DNA of 64,000 nucleotides from positions 864,001-928,000 of the forward strand of contig CAWJRG010000009.1 of the NCBI GenBank assembly GCA_963845185.1, given 5' to 3'. The stretch is from an uncultured bacterium (GTDB lineage Bacteria > Oederibacteriota > PGYV01 > CAWJRG01). Position 1 is the first letter of the stretch. Each line of letters starts with the position of its first letter. Shown piece by piece: positions 52,001 to 58,669 of this stretch. Position numbers and translations under genes: made by a program. The notes beneath the pieces are model-generated. The model was not told the origin of the DNA. It worked only from the letters and a program-made list of their open reading frames with translations, and made no database searches.

Positions 52001-52332
52001 TAAGTGGCGCCTGGAGTGCCCGCGCAGTTTGTGACAGGCGGGTTCGGCGGGCACATATATGAATCACTGCTGTCAGGTCCATAATCAGTCCCCGCGTTTG
52101 ACGCGTTGTTTTCCCAGTTATATCCTGTCAGCCTGTTCCCGCCCATACGCATGCAGGTAAAATCAGAGCTGTCGCCGAAACTGTCGTCATTCGTGCCGTA
52201 GATATACGGGCTTATCGGCGCCAGTCCCTGTGTTGTATTGATTGAAATGTTCGCTGAAAAAAGGCATATAGGCAGGATAAATAAAAAAAGGGCAAATTGA
52301 ATACGTTTAAATGATGTTTTCAAGCTTATCAC
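49033..52332 (-). CDS. Secreted GH44 endoglucanase/xyloglucanase with CBM-like domain, long Thr-rich linker and CTD
   Basis: RMGGNRLTGYNWENNASNAGTD, LDNEPGIW, SEWNFG; WPNPYNP...LADGTYYY. Confidence 0.92.
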   Translation of the reverse strand: MISLKTSFKRIQFALFLFILPICLFSANISINTTQGLAPISPYIYGTNDDSFGDSSDFTCMRMGGNRLTGYNWENNASNAGTDYGPDSSDSYMCPPNPPVTNCAGTPGATYQYFVSTNNSKGYASLVTIPMAGYVAADMNGDVTAAQTAPSSRWHPIYYTKGSPFTYPPNTTDDAVYMDESVWYLVQTFGNASTSTGVKFYDLDNEPGIWNGTHPYLHPNHVTCNEYVNDSIALGGAIKNVDPYCMIFGGVFFGWSDYINLNGAPDWTTALNTNYIWFVSYYLYMMNQSYQATGKKPIDVLDFHYYSEATDGTCRVTDNGCSTYLTAANDVARMNATRTLWETGYAENSWINPYFLQYTPLIPLIQQSINQYFPGTKISFSEWNFGAGREFSGGLTDTDFLGICGKYGVYLATLWPVDEGGYSAAAFKMYRNYDGAKSTFGNTNIQADSDTSTISVYASINGSDLSTIHMIIVNKYNTAQPANITITSSQTYTTMQVYGFDQTSYTITARSTVAINNNYFSYNMPAYSAMHFIIKSNTTPTNTPVVSITQTTTFTLTKTITPPWTQTPTYTRSATYTITPTFTVTPALVATIIYDGDTAGATLSDGTVNNTAPGTMTQVTGGDLGNMMLLTYTNVAGYWQQLWWTLNNPKNIGTNLYLTFNMKEDASSPNPVGQMYLTADTNWAINVDPAAYIVGGGTLSTTTWSTVRIPLSAVIDAGQTQITFLAFTASVASTDNFTVDIDNIRLEGYPGTPTNTPVYSRTLTQTFTVTRTTTLTNTVAMTLTNTPKNTMTLTTTETSTLTTTGTSTTTRTNTPTYTITTTLTNTPSSTPTNTMTATPTETEIVSPTPTITGTPPTETDTPTITMTTTLTETYTFTCTLTITPSYTITMTYTVVILSVTYTPTYTMTPTDTATPTYTGTYTYTFTPTYKYSVTLTYTNTLTPTYSNTVTLTYTITKTPTTSLTITRTYTITLTYTATPNVSPTFSMTCPCIIPTITPGITVINVWPNPYNPNLGNLSIGYTIAQDTDEVDIRIYTIAFRLIKVIIVSGSDSASSDEKTETVDKANFSNLADGTYYYILTAKQAGKQVKSKTGVIIILK

Positions 52333-52429
52333 CTAATCCGGATAGAATATCTTTAACATTAATCGTTAAATCAATAATATCATAGAATATTTCAGAAAGC
52401 AAGGTTTCTTCAGGTTGCCGAAAAGGTGC

Positions 52430-53176
52430 TTGATGATGTTTATTTTGTAAAGCTACGCTGCAACAAAATCCACGGGACTGCATGCCGTAAGTTTTTGTTC
52501 CACAAAAACAACGGTCTGCAGTATTACAGCACTCAAGTACCCGCTCAAGTCCGAGCTCTATCCTGACAAGCGGTACTTGATATTCGTTTACTTTGCCAAG
52601 CCGTCAACAGGTGCAGGCAAAGTATTACGAAATCATGTACCCGCTCAAGTCCAGGTTCTTTTTGGACAAGCGGTACTTGATATTCGTTTACTTTGCCAAG
52701 CCGTCAACAGGTGCAGGCAAAGTATTACGAAATCATGTACCCGCTCAAGTCCGAGCTCTATCCTGACAAGCGGTACTTGATATTCGTTTACTTTGCCAAG
52801 CCGTCAACAGGTGCAGGCAAAGTATTACGAAATCATGTACCCGCTCAAGTCCAGGTTCTTTTTGGACAAGCGGTACTTGATATTCGTTTACTTTGCCAAG
52901 CCGTCAACAGGTGCAGGCAAAGTATTACGAAATCATGTACCCGCTCAAGTCCAGGTTCTTTTTGGACAAGCGGTACTTGATATTCGTTTACTTTGCCAAG
53001 CCGTCAACAGGCGAAGGCAAAGTATTACGAAATCATGTACCCGCTCAAGTCCAGGTTCTTTTTGGACAAGCGGTACTTGATATTCGTTTACTTTGCCAAG
53101 CCGTCAACAGGCGAAGGCAAAGTATTACGAAATCATGTACCCGCTCAAGTCCAGGTTCTTTTTGGACAAGCGGTAT
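52430..53176 (+). repeat. Tandem array of element A: one variant unit (52430-52576) plus six 100-bp units (52577-53176)
   Basis: Exact 100-bp period; units differ only in two hairpin-loop regions. Confidence 0.95.
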
Positions 53177-53633
53177 TGCTTATTATCACATAAAATGCTT
53201 TTTAATAAAATGCCAGCCTTTTGTTAATATGTACTTCCCTGCCTTTGCGGCTGCCGTATTCGGCTCCTGTCCGGCTATGCCGCTGATCTCGGTATGTAAA
53301 GTTTCTAGTTTCTGGTCTCTTGTTTCTGGTTGTTCTTTTTCTAGAACCTTGAAACTAGAAACCAGAGACTTCTTCTTTTCTCCCACTTCGCACGTCGCAC
53401 CCAGCACGTTACACATTCTTTCAAACATCCCCGGCAAATCCGCCAGATACGGGTTCCCACTAGCCTGAGCCCAGCCAAAGGCCGCCTGTCCTGAGCCTCC
53501 ATCGCCCTGAGCTTGCCGAAGGGCCCATATGACTCCCGCCACCCCCAAAGCCGCCATAGCCGCCACGGGCTCGCCTGGTATTATAATATGAAACCCGCCC
53601 TTGAGCGACCTTTTTGCTATATATCGCCCAAAT

Positions 53634-53994
53634 TGTGGATAATATGGGATTCCCGTAAATTGCCCCCTTACAGGCCCTCCCAATCCATGGTTTTTATGAG
53701 CTGCTCATAAATCTTCACCCCTAACCGCCGGATTTCTTACTTTTGGTAAGAATCGCCTCCTACAACGATTTCAACTAATAATTACAGGGATTTTTTTAAA
53801 TTACTGTCCAAATTCCGACATATCGCTACCCCGTTTACCAGATAACTAGACTTAAAAAATGTGGATAATACGGGATTCCCGTAAATTGCCTGCCTGCCCC
53901 TGGGCTTTTCCGGTCTTTACCAACCCTCCGACCCTCTAACCCTCCAGCCTTCCGCTTTTCCAGCCTCCCATGCCGCCTCCCAAAATGTGGATAA
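53634..53994. promoter_or_regulatory. Three perfect DnaA-box sequences (TGTGGATAA) in the same orientation
   Basis: 53634-53642, 53860-53868, 53986-53994. Confidence 0.5.
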
Positions 53995-54104
53995 ATTTGC
54001 TTCGCCAAGAATTGCCCCCAGACCCCTGCCTTTAGCTTTAACTAACCCTCTAACCCTCTGCTCTTCTGACCTCCTGCTGTTTCATTTTGAAACATACTTT
54101 AAAA

Positions 54105-54326
54105 TCATTCCCCTTGAACTATATTGCCATCAGAGTCTTGGAAGCTATCCATGCCTATCGAGATGAGATCAAACACTGTCCCAATCCCGCAGAGCCCGCC
54201 GGTAGCAAGCCACAGCAAGCCCGTCCATACCTTGCCAACATAAAACCTGTGTATGCCTCCCAGCCCCACAAACCCAAGGCAGCAGAGTAATATAACCATA
54301 AATTTTGGTTTAGATGATATAGCCAT
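54105..54326 (-). CDS. TM2 domain protein
   Basis: LG..GIHRFYVGK..TGLLWL.TGG..GIG...DLI.I. Confidence 0.9.
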   Translation of the reverse strand: MAISSKPKFMVILLCCLGFVGLGGIHRFYVGKVWTGLLWLATGGLCGIGTVFDLISIGMDSFQDSDGNIVQGE

Positions 54327-54489
54327 ACATACCTCCTGATATATTTACTGAAGCACTCAGCACGTCGCACTTGGCACGCCGCACGTCTTTTCTGTTGAAC
54401 CTTGCTCTCCTCACCTTAAACATTGAGCTTTGAACCTTGAACTTTGCCTTTACCCCTTGAGCCTTGAACTTTGAACCTTGAACTTTGCC

Positions 54490-54740
54490 TTTATCTATTG
54501 GTTTTTCATGCCATAGAAATTTCTTAATACGCTCCATCCCTTGATATCGTTTGTTTTGCCAAGCCGAAGGCGCCGGCAAAACATTACGGGATCAAGCACC
54601 CGTTCCAGTGCTGGCCTTATCAGCACAAGTGGTGCCGTAGCGCTATCCATCCCCGCCTCTACCGGCGGGTTTTTGCGGAGCGGGAGTAATAATGTTATTA
54701 CGAATAATATCAGGGCTGCTAATGCAATAATCACATACAT
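54490..54740 (-). pseudogene. 5' remnant of a paralog of the 56396-58468 helicase, interrupted by elements A+B
   Basis: ILFVITLLL[insert]IKKFLWHEKPI versus ILFVITLLLFKKFPRHEKPI. Confidence 0.75.
54541..54635 (+). repeat. Element A copy (element B follows at about 54640-54686)
   Basis: ttgatatcgtttgttttgcc..ggcaaaacattacgggatcaagcacccgttccagtgctg..cagcacaagtggtgc. Confidence 0.9.
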
Positions 54741-54934
54741 CTTTCACTCCTTCATCCCTTTGCCATTTTGAAGCTAATTAAGCCGAAAACTCCACAACAA
54801 GCATAGTCCTGAGCTTGCCGAAGGGTAAGGTCTGTCCCCAGTCATTTTTATTATCACATGACGTGGATTGTTCGGGTTGAGACGAATTTTTGAGATTGCG
54901 ATTTTCATGCTAAAACCTCCCTTTAAATTTTCTA

Positions 54935-55450
54935 TTAATTTTTTATTATTATAATTTTTTCATCTTCAGCCGGAGGCTCAAAAGCCTTGATTGTCATATC
55001 CAGAAGATTCTTATCTATTATCGAGCGGCTTTTGCCGGATTTGTTTTCCTCCCACCTTTCATATATCTTCGGCACAGGGACTTCGACATAAATAACAGCC
55101 GCATCAGCGCCGGATTCTCCGGCTATCCTGCGCAAATCATCCCTGCTTTGCCGTGTATGGTTTGTGGAATCGTATAAAACATTCAATGAATCTTCCAGTG
55201 CCATTCTTGACCTGGCTGACGCTATGCCAAAAATGCTTGCCCATGCTTTTTCGTCAGGAATCTTGTTTGAACTCCAGTCAAATCCATGCGCCTTAAAAAT
55301 CTCATCAATACTTACATACGCGCATTTGGTGCTTTTGAGAATCTTTTCGGCAATATATGTTTTGCCCGAATACGGCATCCCGCACAAAATAAAAAGCGTC
55401 TTTTGCCTGCTGTTTATTTCCCGTATGAGATTTTCAAGTGATTCATCCAT
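54935..55450 (-). CDS. P-loop kinase (AAA_33-like)
   Basis: LCGMPYSGKT, SIDEI, YDSTN. Confidence 0.85.
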   Translation of the reverse strand: MDESLENLIREINSRQKTLFILCGMPYSGKTYIAEKILKSTKCAYVSIDEIFKAHGFDWSSNKIPDEKAWASIFGIASARSRMALEDSLNVLYDSTNHTRQSRDDLRRIAGESGADAAVIYVEVPVPKIYERWEENKSGKSRSIIDKNLLDMTIKAFEPPAEDEKIIIIKN

Positions 55451-55463
55451 ATAATTTTCACCT

Positions 55464-56138
55464 TCACATTTTATTCAACAATCTTATCATTTCTTTAAAA
55501 TCAGGCAATATATGTTTTGCGCCGGCTTTTAAAAGGGCTTTCTTTTCCTTGCCGGAAGCAATTCCGATAAATTCCCATCCAAGGGCATCCGCAGCTTTTA
55601 CATCCCATATCCAGTCTCCCACATAAACAATCTTTTTAAACTTTTTTACCCGGGATTTTTTCATGGACTTATGAAGGGCAGACTTCATGATTATCCCGCG
55701 CATAAGCCCATCCTCGGCTGTAGCCAGCGGCATATTCCGGCAGTCAAGCCCGGCGCTTCTCAGCTTGTACTGCCCCGAAACACGCCAGTTTCCTGTTGCT
55801 ATAGCTGTGAACCAGTCAGGAGTATTTGATAACTTCTTCAGGCATTCTTTTGCGCCAATCATGCTTTCAAAAGGCTCTCTCCCGTATTCCCTGTCAAGCC
55901 ATAAAGCCATGCTCTTTTTAAACTCAGTTATATCCACGGGCATACATGAACGTCCCAGGTTTTTTTCAATGATTTCATTGAGTATGCCGGAATCCGTAGA
56001 GCTGTGGTATTCCGACCAGTTGTCCTTGATTGTTATCCCAAAAACATCTTTAATGGCATTTACATAAGCCCGGTCATTCATCTTCCTGTGGTATTTGATT
56101 AATGTCCCATCAATATCAAAAACAACAAGATTCATCAT
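55464..56138 (-). CDS. HAD-family hydrolase
   Basis: FDIDGTL, ATGN, YVGD..WDV.AA. Confidence 0.9.
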   Translation of the reverse strand: MMNLVVFDIDGTLIKYHRKMNDRAYVNAIKDVFGITIKDNWSEYHSSTDSGILNEIIEKNLGRSCMPVDITEFKKSMALWLDREYGREPFESMIGAKECLKKLSNTPDWFTAIATGNWRVSGQYKLRSAGLDCRNMPLATAEDGLMRGIIMKSALHKSMKKSRVKKFKKIVYVGDWIWDVKAADALGWEFIGIASGKEKKALLKAGAKHILPDFKEMIRLLNKM

Positions 56139-56395
56139 TTACTCCCTTTTTCATTGAAAATTGTTTTACAGCCGTCTTCATTGTAATACCCCCTTTATTT
56201 AGTTTTTAATGCCAAATTCCAAATCCTAAATTGTCTGAGATTTTCCTCGGATTATGAGGATTCGGCATGATTTTTGAAATTGCAATGTTCATTGTAGTGC
56301 CCCCTTTGTATGATTTTTTTTATTGAGCTTTAACTTATTTTATTTCTCAAATTGCTGGTTGTCAATTGAAAATTGCTTTAAATACGTTTTCATGA

Positions 56396-58468
56396 TTACC
56401 CCATCCCCATTTCAGTTATCATTTCCCTTGGCAGGTATTTTTCGTTTGTGAATTCCGACTGTTTCCCGCTCATCGTGGCCACATACACATGCCTGCGCGC
56501 GCGCGTGACAGCGACATAAAACAGCCTTGTTTCCTCCTCTTCCAGGTTAAATTTGTTCCCCCTGCATAGCCTCAACACCCCATCCCTTATCTTTTGATGG
56601 TGGTCCTCGGCAGGAAAGCAATATTTACAATCGTTGTTTTTTACACAGTCCAGTATCAGCACATTGTCGCTTTCCAACCCTTTTGATCTGTGTATGGTCA
56701 AAAACTCGTATTTCCTGTCAGGGTATTCTTCCGTCAGTATATCCCGGTACGGCTCAAGAATAAAATTATACCGCGCGAGTATTTTCAGCGATTCTTTTTT
56801 CGGCACTTTTGACATTATATAGTCTACCAGCATTTCCTTCTGTCCGTCCCGGTCTGCCAGCGTTATCAGCGTCAGGGTTTTATCTTCGGCTTTTTGCCCG
56901 GGAAGGTATTTACCTTCCACCTTTTTAAAAAGCTGTACCCTGTTGTTTTTAATTATAGCGTTCGATATGTCTACAATCCTGGGATGGCAGCGGTAATTGT
57001 ACTGCAGTTTTACAAGCGACGCCTGGGGGAAATAGCTTTCAAACCTGACCATAAAAAGCGGGTCGCTGCCGGCAAATGAATATATGCTCTGGTAATCGTC
57101 GCCTATGGCAAAAAGCGACTGCCTCTCCCCGGTAAGGAGCCTGATAAATTTCCTCGCCAGCGGCTGGAGGTCCTGGACCTCGTCAACAAATATATGCTCA
57201 TATTCGCCTCGCAGTTTTTCAAGCAGGTCCTTGTCGTTTTCCATGGCATCCACCGCGTATTTCAGGACATGCGTAAAGGTCGCTTTCCCTTTCTGCTCAA
57301 GCCGTATTTCCAGTTCATCGGTTATAGGCACTGCAAATTTCAGGATATGTCTCATGAAAGGGTCCGCTTTCGGCAGCAGGGCTCTCAGTGTTGTCCCGTA
57401 TCCTATGACGATGTTCAATATGTCGAGTATCAGCTGCACAAGCTGCTCTTCAAGCGTATTCAGGATGTTGTGCAGTTTGGCCTCATTCGGGCCGTTTCTT
57501 CCGGTCAGGCCTTTTCTGTTGAGTTTCCATACCAGGTAATCGTCAGGCGGCGTATTTGCGCTTCCGTTTGATTCATATAAGTCTATCAGGTAAAAGCCGT
57601 ATTTCCTGAACTGCTCCTGCTTCCACTCCATTTGTTTTTTATACCTGTCCCTGATAAATGGATTTGGATGGTTCGCGAGCCCCCAGTACTCCGCGTAAGC
57701 GTCGTATTTGGGAAAGTAAAAATCCGGCTCAAAATACCTGTCCGCCCATGTCACAAAAGGCTCGTATACAAAATCAATTTTTTCCGACAGCAGCCTCTCG
57801 ACTATCCACCTCTCGGCATGGGAGCGCACCTTGAGCCCGTTTGAGCAGGCAATACCGGCTTTATGCTCTTCCAGTTTTTTGTTTTTTGATTTAAGCGAGG
57901 ACAAATCCGCGTTCCCGAAAAGGTCGACAACTGCCGCCTCATATCCGGCGCCGTGCTTTTTCCTGTATTCTTCCAGCCCTTCCTTGACAAAGTTTTCCAG
58001 TTTTTTATCGTCTTCAAAAATATCCAGGCGCCCCCTGTGTTTTTCCGCTGTTTCCAGGGCTATGGAGTGTATAGTGCGGATATTGGGTTTCAGCGACTCC
58101 GGAACGCGCCCCGTGGCTTTCCCGACCCTCTCCCGCACTTCTTCAGCCGCGTTTTTATTGAATGCCATTACCATCATCTTTGATATCGGTATGCCCATAT
58201 ATTTCGAAAACAGGATTATTCTTTTGGTCAGCACGCTTGTTTTTCCCGCCCCTGCCCCGGCAATCACAAGCGTCTCCTTATATGGCGATGTAAGCGCCAT
58301 TTGCTGCAAATTGTCAATCCTGCCGTCCGCCCAAAGCTCCCTTGCCGCGATGGGAAAACTTGCAAATTGCGGCATTATTGGTTTTTCATGCCGTGGAAAT
58401 TTTTTGAATAATAATAATGTTATTACAAATAATATCAGGACCGCTATTGCAATAATAAGAATAAACAT
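56396..58468 (-). CDS. UvrD/helicase IV-like SF1 helicase with N-terminal TM and inserted PD-(D/E)XK-like domain
   Basis: AGAGAGKT, VDEVQD, GDDYQSIY.F.G, NYR, TIHRSKGLE, YVAVTRAR; RSHAE...YEP...PDFY...EYWG insert. Confidence 0.88.
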   Translation of the reverse strand: MFILIIAIAVLILFVITLLLFKKFPRHEKPIMPQFASFPIAARELWADGRIDNLQQMALTSPYKETLVIAGAGAGKTSVLTKRIILFSKYMGIPISKMMVMAFNKNAAEEVRERVGKATGRVPESLKPNIRTIHSIALETAEKHRGRLDIFEDDKKLENFVKEGLEEYRKKHGAGYEAAVVDLFGNADLSSLKSKNKKLEEHKAGIACSNGLKVRSHAERWIVERLLSEKIDFVYEPFVTWADRYFEPDFYFPKYDAYAEYWGLANHPNPFIRDRYKKQMEWKQEQFRKYGFYLIDLYESNGSANTPPDDYLVWKLNRKGLTGRNGPNEAKLHNILNTLEEQLVQLILDILNIVIGYGTTLRALLPKADPFMRHILKFAVPITDELEIRLEQKGKATFTHVLKYAVDAMENDKDLLEKLRGEYEHIFVDEVQDLQPLARKFIRLLTGERQSLFAIGDDYQSIYSFAGSDPLFMVRFESYFPQASLVKLQYNYRCHPRIVDISNAIIKNNRVQLFKKVEGKYLPGQKAEDKTLTLITLADRDGQKEMLVDYIMSKVPKKESLKILARYNFILEPYRDILTEEYPDRKYEFLTIHRSKGLESDNVLILDCVKNNDCKYCFPAEDHHQKIRDGVLRLCRGNKFNLEEEETRLFYVAVTRARRHVYVATMSGKQSEFTNEKYLPREMITEMGMG

Positions 58469-58530
58469 AGGGTTATAGGTTACTCAAATTTTTGGCCTGA
58501 TTTTGAAAATTGCGATGTTCATTTCACCCC

Positions 58531-58627
58531 TTGATGATGTTTATTTTGTAAAGCTACGCTGCAACAAAATATTACAGCATTCAAGTACCCGTTCAAGTCC
58601 AAGGCTATAGCCGAGGACAAGCGGTAT
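58531..58627 (+). repeat. Element A copy
   Basis: First 40 bp identical to array unit at 52430; gtacccgttcaagtcc..ggacaagcggtat. Confidence 0.9.
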
Positions 58628-58669
58628 TGAAAATCGATAATTGGCAGCATAATATATTTTTTTATGTAA

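Noticed and set aside
52577..53176. CRISPR array interpretation of the tandem repeat
   Set aside because: Units are near-identical over 100 bp, with no unique spacers and no cas genes
52577..53710. ORFs over the array and adjacent DNA (52577-53468 +, 53186-53683 -)
   Set aside because: Translations of repeats and heptamer tracts; no protein-like features
8102..58627. Element A as an integron attC site or a known ribozyme/riboswitch
   Set aside because: Lacks RYYYAAC/GTTRRRY ends and hammerhead, twister or GEMM cores; resemblance to hairpin-ribozyme words (AGTCC, GTATTAC) is superficial by eye
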